This document shows positions 22,968 to 34,134 of a stretch of DNA of 64,000 nt, piece after piece. The notes beneath the pieces are model-generated. The model was not told the origin of the DNA. It worked only from the letters and a program-made list of their open reading frames with translations, and searched no databases. Both the position numbers and the translations under genes were made by a program. The DNA lies in contig CAVPCQ010000011.1 in assembly GCA_963702425.1 (NCBI GenBank), positions 160,001 to 224,000 on the forward strand. The letters are read 5' to 3'. The stretch's first letter is position 1; each line of letters starts with the position of its first letter. The stretch is from an uncultured Acidobacteriota bacterium (GTDB lineage: Bacteria; Acidobacteriota; Polarisedimenticolia; J045).

Positions 22968-24148
22968 AGGTGCGCGAGGATCGCGTCCGTCATCTGGCAC
23001 GTCGTCGCCGCACCGCGCTGGAACACGCCGGGTCCGCCGGTGAGGCGCAGCATGTCGTAGGTCCGAACCTTGCCTTCGCTGACCACGGCGGCCACGGCGG
23101 CCCGGACGCGCTTCCCCTTCCCCTCCTCGCCGACGTGATCGAGCAGCATCGCCGCGGAGAGGATCATCGCGATCGGGTTGACGATCGACGGGTCGAGCGC
23201 CTCGTACTTGGGCGCCGAGCCGTGGGTCGGCTCGAAGACCGCGACCTCATCGCCGATGTTGCCCGAGCAGGCGAAACCCAGCCCGCCGACGAGCCCGGCG
23301 AAGGCGTCGGAGATGATGTCGCCGAACAGGTTGCTGGCGACGATCACGCCGTACTCCTCGGGGTTCTTGGAGAGCCACATCAGCTGGGCGTCGATGTTGG
23401 TCGACCAGAGCGCGATCCCGGGGTAGTTCTTCGCGACCTCCTTCGCCACCTCCTCGAACATTCCGGAGGTCTCGCGCAGGACATTCGGCTTCTCGCAGAC
23501 CGTGACCGACTTGTAGCCGTGCTTCTTCGCGTAGCGGAATGCGGCGTCGACGATCCGCAGGCAGGCCTTGCGGGTGATGATCCGCAGCGAGACGGCCATC
23601 TCCTCGCCCGGCACCGCAGCGAACGGCTTCCACTTGGAGTGCATCGCGAAGGCCTCGCGCACCGCGGCCGGGGGGTTGGTCCACTCGACGCCAGCGTACA
23701 TTCCCTCCGTGTTCTGACGGAAGACGGGGACATCGACCCGCGGCTCCTCGATCGACCCGTCCGCGGTCTTGCGGACGTAGTTGAGCGGGTTGCCGGGGAA
23801 CGACTGGCAGGGGCGCAGGCAGATGTCGAGGCCGAAGCGCTGCCGCATCGCGACGATCGGGCTGAAGTACTGCAGTCCCTTGCCGCGCAGCGCCGGGGCG
23901 AGTTCCGCCTCGGCCTCCTTCTTGGGTTTGCTCGTGATCGCGCCGAACAGGCCGAGCCGGTGCTCGGCGAGCAGCGCGACGGTGCGCTCGGGGAGCGGGT
24001 TGCCCTCCGCGATCCAGGAGTCCCAGCCGATGTCGGCGTGGACGTAATCGGCCTCGAACCCCACCTTGTCGAGCACCCGGATCGCCTCCGGGAGCACCAC
24101 TTTCCCGATCCCGTCGCCGGGCATCGACACGACCGTTCGTTTCGCCAT
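22964..24148 (-). CDS. Beta-decarboxylating dehydrogenase, homoisocitrate dehydrogenase-like
   Basis: PGDGIG, FGAITSKP..YFSPIVAMRQ (resembles fungal Lys12 YSSPIVALR), RQNTEGMY, NLFGDIISD and FEPTHGSAP. Confidence 0.85.
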   Translation of the reverse strand: MAKRTVVSMPGDGIGKVVLPEAIRVLDKVGFEADYVHADIGWDSWIAEGNPLPERTVALLAEHRLGLFGAITSKPKKEAEAELAPALRGKGLQYFSPIVAMRQRFGLDICLRPCQSFPGNPLNYVRKTADGSIEEPRVDVPVFRQNTEGMYAGVEWTNPPAAVREAFAMHSKWKPFAAVPGEEMAVSLRIITRKACLRIVDAAFRYAKKHGYKSVTVCEKPNVLRETSGMFEEVAKEVAKNYPGIALWSTNIDAQLMWLSKNPEEYGVIVASNLFGDIISDAFAGLVGGLGFACSGNIGDEVAVFEPTHGSAPKYEALDPSIVNPIAMILSAAMLLDHVGEEGKGKRVRAAVAAVVSEGKVRTYDMLRLTGGPGVFQRGAATTCQMTDAILAHL

Positions 24149-24162
24149 CGTCATCCTCGTTC

Positions 24163-24188
24163 GGGCCGGCACGGAGGCCGGTCCCTAC
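24163..24188 (-). repeat. GTAG-family REP copy
   Basis: Reverse complement GTAGGGACCGGCCTCCGTGCCGGCCC. Confidence 0.85.
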
Positions 24189-24215
24189 GTTTCGCGGGCC
24201 GGGCGGAGCCGGCCG

Positions 24216-26163
24216 TTACGCCAGGCCCAGCTTCCGGGCCACCATCTGCTCGATTCCTCCCGCGATCACCAGCGACTGCGGCACGCTGCCGAGCGCCGGG
24301 AACGCAAACGTCTCGCCGCGGAAACGGATCACGCCGTTTCGGTAGTCGATCTCCACCTCGTCGTCGGGCACGATCGTCCGCACGCGCTCCGCGATCTCGG
24401 GCCCGAACAGCTCCGCCAGGCGCCGGGGGAAGGCCGCGTTCTCGACGCAGGGAAAGCCGTTGTTGAACGCGTTGCGCAGGTAGGTCTGCGAGAAACTCCC
24501 GGCGACGACGACCGGGATCCCCTTGGCCTGCAGCGCGGTCACCGCCTGCTCGCGCGAACTCCCGGTGCCGAAGTTGAAGCCGCCGACGACGATGTCCCCG
24601 GGCCGCGTGCGCGCGGCGAACTCCGGGTCGTAGTTCTCCATCACCACCCCGGCCATCATCTCGCGCGTCATGTCCTCGCGATAGGTGTAGTCCTTGCCGT
24701 AGATCCCGTCGGTGTTGAGGTTGTCCTGGGGGACGTAGACCAGGCGGCCCCGGATCGCGGCGGGGAAACCGTCCAGGATCTCGACCGCCTCGGCCGGAGG
24801 CCCGTCGTCGGGAATCACGACGTAGTCGCGCGCGAGCGTGCCGCGCGGCATCTCGCCCGGCCCGCAGATGTACCCCGCCGCCGCGGAGGCCGCGACGACC
24901 GCCGGGCTGGCGAGGTAGCAGCGGGCGTCCCGCGATCCCATCCGCCCCTTGAAGTTGCGGTTGGTCGCCGAGATCCCGACCTCTCCCGGCTCGAGCAACC
25001 CCTCTCCCAGCCCGATGCACGGCCCGCACGACGGGGGCAGCGCCACGGCCCCGGCCTCGAGCAGGACTCTGCCAGTCCCCGGCGGCCTCGGCGACGCGCT
25101 GGACGGCTGCGCTGGCCGGGGCGACGTAGAGCGTCACGCCGCCGGCGACCTTCCTCCCCTTCAGCACGGCCGCGGCCGCCGCGAAGTCCTCGGCCCGGCC
25201 GTTCACGCACGACAGCAGGTAGGCCTTCTGCACGGTGACCCGCTTCGCCTCGATCTCGGCCAGCGGCGTGGTCACCTGCACCTGGTCGGGGCCGGCGACG
25301 AAGGGCCCGACCTCGGACAGGTCGAGCGTGATCTTCGCGGCGTAGACGGCGTCGGGGTCCGGCGCGGGCGGGCGCATCTCCCAGCGCCTCAGATCGTCAT
25401 CGGTGATCCGGCGGATCCCCTGCGCGGCCAGTTCCGCGGCGCGCGCGCCCAGGAAGGCGAGGGTGACGTCGTCGACCGGGAACCAGCCGACGAGGGCGCC
25501 CCACTCGGTCGTCATGTTGGAGATCGTCAACCGCGAGTCCATCGAGAGGCTGGCCACGCCCGGCCCGACGAACTCGACCGCCGCGTTGAGGACCTCTTCC
25601 CGGTTGTAGATCCCGCACAGCGCGAGGATCACGTCCTTGCCGGAGACTCCGGGCCGCAGCCGGCCGGTCAGGACGACCTGCACCGTCCGCGGCACCTGCC
25701 ACCAGAACTCACCCGTGGCCCAGATCGCCGCGGCGTCGGTGCGCACGACCGGGGTCCCGATCGCGCCCAGCGCGCCGTACATGTTGGAGTGCGAGTCGGA
25801 CGCCACGACCAGGCTGCCGGGCACGACGTAGCCGCGCTCGACCATCAGCTGGTGGCCGATGCCGGAGCCGGCCGGGTAGAAGTCGATCCCCTGCTCCTTC
25901 GCGAAGGCCTCGATCCGGCGGTACTTGCCGAGATTCTCGGGGGCCTGGTTCTGGATGTCGTGATCGAGCGTGAAGACCGGCTGCCGCGGGTCCCCGACCG
26001 TCTTCGCCCCGATCCCCTGGAACTTCTTCAGCACCGCGGCGGTGTTGTCGTGGGTCATCACGTGCCGCGGCCGGATCGACAGGAAATCCCCGGCGCGGAG
26101 CGGCCGGTCGGGCCCCTCCGCCATGTGCGCCTGCGCGATCTTCTCGACGATCGTCTGTCCCAT
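24216..26163 (-). CDS. lysF: Single-chain homoaconitase, fungal Lys4/LysF-like (one extra base near 25069)
   Basis: QTIVEKI..SIRPRHVMTHDN, DSHSNMYG..TPVVRTDAAAIWATG, SCVN, CGPCIGLG, ATNRNFKGRMG, NTDGIY and GTGSSREQA. Deleting one base joins the 24151-26163 and 24216-25046 ORFs. Confidence 0.85.
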
Positions 26164-26184
26164 CGCTTCTCCTGCCCGGGCCCC

Positions 26185-26210
26185 GTAGGGGCCGGCCTCC
26201 GTGCCGGCCC
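26185..26210 (+). repeat. GTAG-family REP copy
   Basis: GTAGGGGCCGGCCTCCGTGCCGGCCC between prpD and the homoaconitase gene. Confidence 0.85.
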
Positions 26211-26217
26211 GCCCGCG

Positions 26218-27612
26218 TTACCGGTCGGCCTTGCAGAGCGCCATCAGTTCGGCCACCGAGCCGGCGCACTCCAGGCTCCAGACCGCGTCCTTCAGCCGCT
26301 TGCGGGCCGCCGCGGTCATGACCGGCTCGGCCAGCGCGTCGAACTTCTCCTCGACCTCGGCGTCCGTCAACGGGTGCCGCGGATCGCCCTTCGGGTAGTC
26401 GAGCCGCTTTTCGAAGGTCCGCCCGTCGGTCGCGGTGATCTTCACGATCACGCGCTGCAGCCTCGGGAAGTCGGCCTCGATCTCCGGGTCGGCGACGACC
26501 TTCACCTTGTGCAGCTGCTCGCGGATCACGGGATCCATGATCTTGGCGTCCGTGAACTGCAGGGGCGTGACCTGGCGCTCGGCGACCGCCGCCGCGATCA
26601 CGTACGGGAGCGAGTGGTCGGCCGTCTCCTTGGTGCGCGGGTCGTACTTCGAGGGATCGGCCAGGATGTCGGCCGCGCGGGCCAACGAGCGGATGGCAAC
26701 CTCCTTCACCTGCTCCGGCGCGAGGTCGTTCTCCTTGACCAGCTCCAGCGTCGCCGAGATCGGCGCGTGGGTCAGCGCCTCGGTCGGGAAGGCCTTCATC
26801 CCGCAGCGCAGGATGCGCCACGAGGTGCCCAGCCCGTCGGTGAGGATCTCGAGCTTCCACTCCGGCCTCAGGCAGTGCGCGAGCCCCTCCTTGCCGTCGA
26901 TCACATGCTCGGGGCCGGAGTAGCCCTTCTCCGCCAGCAGCGCGGCCAGCACGCCGCTCTGCGTCGCCAGCGGGTCGACGGTGTTCTTCATCATGGTCAG
27001 CTTGCCGGCCGTCACCGCGCCGAGCGTGGCGTGGCGGCTCCCGGAGATCCCGATCGCGTGCTGGATCTGCTCCGGCGTCAACCCGAGCATCCGCCCGGCG
27101 ACGATCGGCGAGGCGAACGCGGTCAGCGTCGCGTGGTGCCAGCCGCGCTCGCGGATCCCGGGGAAAGCGCACTCGCAGAGCCGCATCTCGAACTCGTGCC
27201 CGAGCACGATCCCGACGATCAGCTCCCGGCCGTCGCCCCCGGCGCGCTCGGCGCAGGCCATCGCCGCCGGGATGATGTCCGACGGGTGCGACGGGTCCTG
27301 CTGCCAGTAAATGTCGTTGTAGTCCATGACCCGGACCATCAGGGCGTTGGCGAGCGAGGCCGAGACCGGGTCGATCCGCTGGCCGCTGCCGATGACCGTC
27401 GCGGAGCCAGAACCGGCGATCTCGTCGAGCACCGAGAGCGCGATCGTCACGTCGTGCTGACGGTAGCCGCCCAGCGCGCAACCGAGCGAGTCGAGCAGGT
27501 AGCGCTTGGCCTCGTGGACCGCGTCGGCGGCGATCTGCTCGTAGCGGAGGGAGGCGGCCCAGCGGGCCATCGTCGCGGTGATCGTCGCTCTGCCGGGGGT
27601 GGCATCGGCCAT
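26218..27612 (-). CDS. prpD: MmgE/PrpD family dehydratase
   Basis: DSLGCALG, RVMDYND..SHPSD, GWHH, KETADHSLPY and YPKGDPRHP. Confidence 0.9.
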   Translation of the reverse strand: MADATPGRATITATMARWAASLRYEQIAADAVHEAKRYLLDSLGCALGGYRQHDVTIALSVLDEIAGSGSATVIGSGQRIDPVSASLANALMVRVMDYNDIYWQQDPSHPSDIIPAAMACAERAGGDGRELIVGIVLGHEFEMRLCECAFPGIRERGWHHATLTAFASPIVAGRMLGLTPEQIQHAIGISGSRHATLGAVTAGKLTMMKNTVDPLATQSGVLAALLAEKGYSGPEHVIDGKEGLAHCLRPEWKLEILTDGLGTSWRILRCGMKAFPTEALTHAPISATLELVKENDLAPEQVKEVAIRSLARAADILADPSKYDPRTKETADHSLPYVIAAAVAERQVTPLQFTDAKIMDPVIREQLHKVKVVADPEIEADFPRLQRVIVKITATDGRTFEKRLDYPKGDPRHPLTDAEVEEKFDALAEPVMTAAARKRLKDAVWSLECAGSVAELMALCKADR

Positions 27613-27618
27613 CGTGGA

Positions 27619-27760
27619 TCTCCGGGCCGGCGAGGAAGCCGGCCGTTCTAGGGCCGGCACGGAGGCCGGCCGTTCTCCGGGTCGGCACGGAGGCCGGCCA
27701 TTCTCCGGGCCGGCACGGAGGCCGGCCATTCTCCGGGCCGGCACGGAGGCCGGCCCCTAC
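27619..27760 (-). repeat. Tandem array of about five 28-bp REP-derived units
   Basis: Unit TTCTCCGGGCCGGCACGGAGGCCGGCC(A/G) head to tail; only the last unit has the CTAC (GTAG) end, and the first is degenerate. Confidence 0.9.
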
Positions 27761-27761
27761 G

Positions 27762-28296
27762 TCATCGTTTGAAGGGCTCGAAGCTCATGAAGTCGGCGTG
27801 GTGGACGATGAACGCCTCGGGGGTGCGCTTGACCATGATTCCCCTCGCCGGCGTGCGCGGCGATCACGTGGCAGACGGCGTCGGGCACCCCGCACTCCAT
27901 CGCGAGGGCCACGCCGGTGAACGGGTGACGCAGCAGTTCTCCGCGCGCGCTCTGCCGGGCCTTGCCGTCGATCTTCTCGTACTCGAGCAGCTTGCCGACG
28001 TCGGCGAGGATGGCCCCCGCGATCACGGTGTCCATCTCGATCGGCAGCGACCGGCCAAGGAACGCCTGCATCGCCTCTGCGGCGCGGCGAGCGATGTGCA
28101 CGACGCAACGCTTGTGCTCCATGAAGGTGACCGGACAATCGGGAACGAGCAGCGTAAACGGAATCTCCTCGAGATCCCGCGGCGCCAGCGGACTGAGCTC
28201 GAGAGCGCGGACCCAAGTTGCGAGCACCGCCTCGCGCAGCGCGGCGCCCTCGATCCAGTCGATCTCGGGCCACAGCTTCATTACGGCGTCGCGCAT
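27762..28296 (-). CDS. HD/HDIG-fold protein (one extra base near 27839; HD motif reads AD)
   Basis: MEHKRCVV, GAILADVGKLLEY, LRHPFTG and HVIAAH. The corrected frame ends KRTPEAFIVHHADFMSFEPFKR*. Confidence 0.8.
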
Positions 28297-28326
28297 GACG
28301 GCCTCCGATGCGGCAGAGTTGCCGTG

Positions 28327-28356
28327 AGACTAGCATTGGAAGGGGGGGTTCGTCCA
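28327..28356 (-). promoter_or_regulatory. Putative promoter of the HD-prpD-lysF-cit operon
   Basis: TGGACG-N18-TAGTCT with extended -10 TG, about 30 nt before the ATG, which has a GGAGG RBS. Confidence 0.45.
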
Positions 28357-28445
28357 TTGATCGTTTGGCATGCTGGCCTGTCAGGCGATTATTATTCGGC
28401 CACGCTGCCGCATCGCCAATGGCTCGCTCCCGTTAGAATCCCTCC

Positions 28446-29042
28446 ATGCACCGGCCCCGGAACGGCATTTTCGATCTCCTGGCTCCCGTTTACGATTGCC
28501 TTACGGGGAGTTATGGACTGGCCCGCCTGTTCGAGGCCCTCGAGCCGCTGGCGGGACTGACGCTCCTCGACCTCGGGGGCGGAACCGGACGCCTCGCCGC
28601 CCGCGGCGCGGCGCGCGGTGCGTCCGTCGTCGTCGCCGACGCCTCGTCGCCGATGCTGGCGCGCGCAGCCGGGAAGGGGCTCCCGGCGGTCCGGGCGCGA
28701 GCGGAACGGCTCCCGCTGGCAGACGGCACCTTCGACCGCGTCGCGATCGTGGATGCGTTCCATCACATGGGCGACCCTCCCGGGGTCGCGCGCGAGGTGG
28801 CCCGTGTGCTGCGACCGGGAGGACGCGCCGTCCTGTTCGAACCCGACCCCGAGCGGTTCGCCGGCCGCTGGGTGGCGCGCCTGGAACGGTGGGCTGGCAT
28901 GGGGAGCCTCATCCTTCCGGGCCCGGCGCTCGCGAGCCTGCTCTGCGACGCGGGGCTCGACGCGAAAGTGCGCCGTGCGCCGTTCCACCTGCTCGTCGTC
29001 GCGGCCAAGCGGGTCCCCGGGAACTCTTCCCCTTCCGGCTAG
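28446..29042 (+). CDS. Class I SAM-dependent methyltransferase (UbiE-like)
   Basis: FDLLAPVYD, LLDLGGGTG, AERLPLADGTFD and RVLRPGG. Confidence 0.88.
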   Translation: MHRPRNGIFDLLAPVYDCLTGSYGLARLFEALEPLAGLTLLDLGGGTGRLAARGAARGASVVVADASSPMLARAAGKGLPAVRARAERLPLADGTFDRVAIVDAFHHMGDPPGVAREVARVLRPGGRAVLFEPDPERFAGRWVARLERWAGMGSLILPGPALASLLCDAGLDAKVRRAPFHLLVVAAKRVPGNSSPSG

Positions 29043-29443
29043 CCCGCCACGAACGCCCCGCGGTGGTGGCGAATCCGGTAGCCGCCGGACGATGCGACGA
29101 CCGCCACGACGTCGAACCGGCAGCGCGCCAGCGGCATGTCCCGCCGCGAGAGCCAGGCGTCCGCGACGCGCGCCAGGCGGGCGCGCTTCCCGTGGTCGAT
29201 CGTCGCCTCCGGCGAGAAGCGGCTGCCGCGCCGCCGCGAGCGCACCTCGACGAAGACGATCTCGTCCCCCTCGCGCGCCACCAGGTCGAGTTCGCCGCCG
29301 GGCAGCCGGACGTTGCGCTCGAGGATCGTCAATCCGCTGGCGGTGAGATAGCGCGCCGCGATCGCCTCCGCCTCGCGTCCGCGCGCGCTCCGTTCGCGTG
29401 GCGGGGCAGCGCCGCGCGGAGATCCGGGTCCGGCTGCTGCCAT
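29039..29443 (-). CDS. yraN: YraN family endonuclease-like protein
   Basis: GREAEAIAARYL..ILERN..GELDLVA..IVFVEVR..RFDVV..AF. Confidence 0.92.
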   Translation of the reverse strand: MAAAGPGSPRGAAPPRERSARGREAEAIAARYLTASGLTILERNVRLPGGELDLVAREGDEIVFVEVRSRRRGSRFSPEATIDHGKRARLARVADAWLSRRDMPLARCRFDVVAVVASSGGYRIRHHRGAFVAG

Positions 29444-29532
29444 CGCGTCCTCCCTCGCGATGATCGGGGCGCGCGACCGCGCCCGCACGCTCCTGCCGGC
29501 CGGCTTCTCCCGCCGGCGGGATCGAGCCGGGC

Positions 29533-30939
<1,407 letters not shown>

Positions 30940-30960
30940 CCGGACACCATTCTGCCACCT

Positions 30961-31000
30961 CAAAAAGCGACGCGCCCCGGAGGGTCCCGGGGCGCGAGCG
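30961..31000 (-). terminator. Intrinsic terminator after the TonB receptor gene
   Basis: CGCGCCCCGG-GACCCT-CCGGGGCGCG stem followed by TCGCTTTTT on the minus strand. Confidence 0.75.
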
Positions 31001-31013
31001 AACGGAGCGACGC

Positions 31014-34000
31014 TCAGAAGTTCAGCTTGAACGCGACTTGGAACTGCCGGCCGAAACGCGAGGTGGCGATCGGCGTCTCGATGTTGCGCGTCTGGTTGGT
31101 GACCGGATCCTGCTGCTCGTTCCGGACGATCGCCTCGATGATCTCCGTGTTGTCGTTCAGCAGGTTGAACACGTCGAGCTGGAACGTGGCCGTCGCCGAA
31201 CGGATCGGGAACTCCTTCTGGAAGTTCACGTTGAGGTCCCAGAACGGCGAGTTCCGGAAGCTGTTGCGCTGGCCGGTGGGATAGACCGTGCGCGGCGTGG
31301 TGTACCAGACGATGACCGGACTGGGACCGACGCCGCCGGTCAGGTCGGTCGGGAAATCCAGCACGGTGCGTTGCTGGATCAGCGAGTAAGGGAGACCGGT
31401 CTCGTAGGAGATCGAGCTCCCGAGGCGGAACCCGCCCCAGTAGGGCACGAACACCCGGCCGTTGAACTTCACCACGTGCCGCTGATCGGTCGACAGCGGG
31501 CCTGCTTCGTCGTCGAGGGTCGTCGGGTCGTCGCCGAGGCCCAGGTTGAAATCCTCCGCCTGACCATAGGACTGTGACCAGGTGTAGGACATGCGCGCTT
31601 CCCAGTTCTGGAAGAAGCGCCGCTCGACCTCGAGGATGAAGGCCTGGTACGTCGCGTAGTTGTTGTTGTCGATGTCGTAGATGTTCGAGAAGGCCGGGCT
31701 CCACAGCTCGAGGTCCGCGATCCCGTCAAACGTAGTCACGAGCAGCCCGTCCTGGACCGCGAGCCCGCCGGTGCAGTCGGCGAATTTCCCGATGCGCCGG
31801 CAATTGCCCGCTTTGACATTCGCGCGCCTCAGCACATCCGGCGAGAGCTCGTCCCAGTAGACCGGGCGATGGTTCGCATCCACGTCCTGGAACAGGTCGA
31901 CGTACTTGCGGTTGACGTAGCGGACCTTCGCGGTCGTCTCCGGCGCGATCTCGCGCTCCACCGCCAGGGTCCACTCGTCATTCTTCTGCGAGCGGATGTC
32001 GTTGGCCATCTGGTTGATCGAGAACGCGCTGCCGAGGACGGGTCCCTGCTGTTGACCACTCTGGTCGAGGATATCGGCTGCACGGTGCGATCGGGGCCGT
32101 TCTCGCTGGTGAATGGCAACAGGAAGGTATCGCCGTAGAAGCGACCCCAGCTCCCGGAAAGCTTCGTCTTGCCGTCATTGGCGGGATCCCAGGATGCCGA
32201 GATGCGCGGAGCGAGGTTGTTGTTGACCTCCGAGAGCACCTCCGGCTGGCGGAACTGGCGCTCGTCGGCCGGGAGGCCGGACAAAAGGGCGCAAATCTGG
32301 TTATTCGGGGCGGTCAGGCAGGTCGGGTAGAGCGACGGGTTGTCCAGGTCGGCGAAGGTCAGGAGATAGGCCTTGGTCTGGACGCAGTAGCGCGCGTTGT
32401 CCCCGCCCCGGATGCAGTCCTGGACGGCGGCCTGGTAGATCTCGCGCTGTTTCTTCGGGTTGATGTTCACGAAGCCGGTCGACTCGATCTCCTCGCGGCT
32501 CCAGCGCACACCCAGCGTCACCGAGAGATTCGGCAGCGGATCGTACGTGTCCGACAGGTAGAACGCATAGTAGTCGCCCGCCGCTTTGACGTCGCTCTTG
32601 GGGGGGAGAACAATGTGTAGTTGAGCACGTACCTCGGAACATTCTCACCCTGTTCCCCCTCTCTGCCCTGGATTTCGTCGATGTCGATGACGTTGTCGAT
32701 GCTCAGGGCGCGGCCGAAGTCCGTCATCTCATAGGCAAAGCCGCCCTTGACCCGATGCGAGCCGCCGAGCCACTCCTGGACGAATTGCTCGGCGTCGAGC
32801 TTGTAGGTCCAGCGCTCGCGCGTGTCCGAGTAGCGCCTGAAGTACGGACCACTCCGGCGCTGCGTGCGCTGGTCGGTGCAGTACAGGTCTTTGTAGGGCT
32901 CGTAGCCGCAGGTATTGATCGCGTTCGGGTCGAACGGATTGATGTCGTAGCCGACGTCCGAGTAGCCGAGAAGGGCCTCGAAGAAGAAGGTCGGCGAGTA
33001 GGGAGCCGTCCAGCGCATCGTGTAGGTCGGACCTCCGCCCGAGAGGAGCGCACCGGTCTCGAGCGGCGTGATGCTGTCCACGAAGGCCGGGCTGAGGTCG
33101 AACGGGTCGGCGCGGTACTGGAGCTGCAGGCGGTTCTTGGGAGAGACCTGCCAGGTCAGCTGGTAGAGCGGGAGGCTCGCTTTCCGCTGCTGCACGTACG
33201 ATTCGCCGCCGATGACCTGGATCGGGAAGGAGGCATCGAGGTACTCATAGCTGAGCATGTACCAGAGATGGTCCTTGACCAGCGGGCCGGAGAAGTAGAC
33301 CGACGGCTGGAACAGCTGGTAGTTCAGGGGATCGCTGCCGCCCGCGCCGTCGTAGTCGAAGATGCTGTTGCGGAAGAAGAGATTGAAGGTCGCCTCGAAC
33401 TGGTTGCCGCCGGTCTTGGTGGTGATCCGGCCGAAGCCGCCGACCGCGCCGCCGAACGACGCGTCCGCGCCCGACTCGACGACCTGGATCTCCTCGATCG
33501 CGTCGGGATTGATGTTTCCCTGGGCCTGCCCCGAGAGCGGATCGACGTTGCTCACGCCGTCGACGTCCATCTTGAAGTCGCGCTCTCGCGAGCCGTGGAC
33601 GTTCGGGTTGCCGTCACCGTCCGAGTCCTGGACGCCGGGGGCCAGGGTCAGGACCTGCTGGTACTCGCGGCCCGCCACGGGGAGGTCGGCGAACGTCTCG
33701 GCGCTGATGCTCGTGCTCGATTCCGCGCCCTTGTCGAGCTCGACCGTCTTTTCCTTGCCGACGACGGTGACCTGCTCCTGGATCTCCGCGAGCAGCGTGA
33801 TGACCAGCTCGACCGACTGACCGTCACCGATCTTGATGTCCTTGGTGACGGTCGAATAACCCGGGAAACTGATCGTCACCGCGTAGTCGTCCGGCGCCAG
33901 GCTTTCGAAGGCCGAGATCCCGTCGATGTCGGTGATCGAGGCCTTGGGCTGGCTCTTGTTCGCCTTGCTCGCCAGCGCGACCTGGGCGCCGGGGATCGTT

Positions 34001-34134
34001 TCCTTCGTCTTGCCCGACTGCGTGAAGACGGTGACCTTCAGTCTCCCCGGCGCGGCCAGCGCTGCCGTGGAGGCGGCGAGAAACAGTGCCACGCAAAGGG
34101 CGACCGTCCCCACGACGAACAGCCTCGACCTCAT
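31014..34134 (-). CDS. Oar-like TonB-dependent receptor with N-terminal carboxypeptidase-regulatory-like domain (two single-base deletions, near 32603 and 32073)
   Basis: Signal peptide; plug LPVAGREYQQVLTLAPGV..DGVSNVDP..DAIEEIQV; TLGVRW, NNLAPRIS and DVFNLLN; ends FKLNF. The three ORF segments are joinable. Confidence 0.88.

Noticed and set aside
15000-25075. Programmed ribosomal frameshifting in nifU, tkt and lysF
   Set aside because: No slippery heptamers or shared signal, and these genes are not known to be recoded; sequencing indels are more parsimonious.
26218-27612. Standard methylcitrate cycle operon
   Set aside because: No prpB, prpC or prpE; the partners are a Lys4-like hydratase, a decarboxylating dehydrogenase and citrate-lyase subunits.
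27619-27760. Palindromic 28-bp repeats as a CRISPR array
   Set aside because: Units are contiguous with no unique spacers, there are no cas genes, and the unit matches the dispersed REP.
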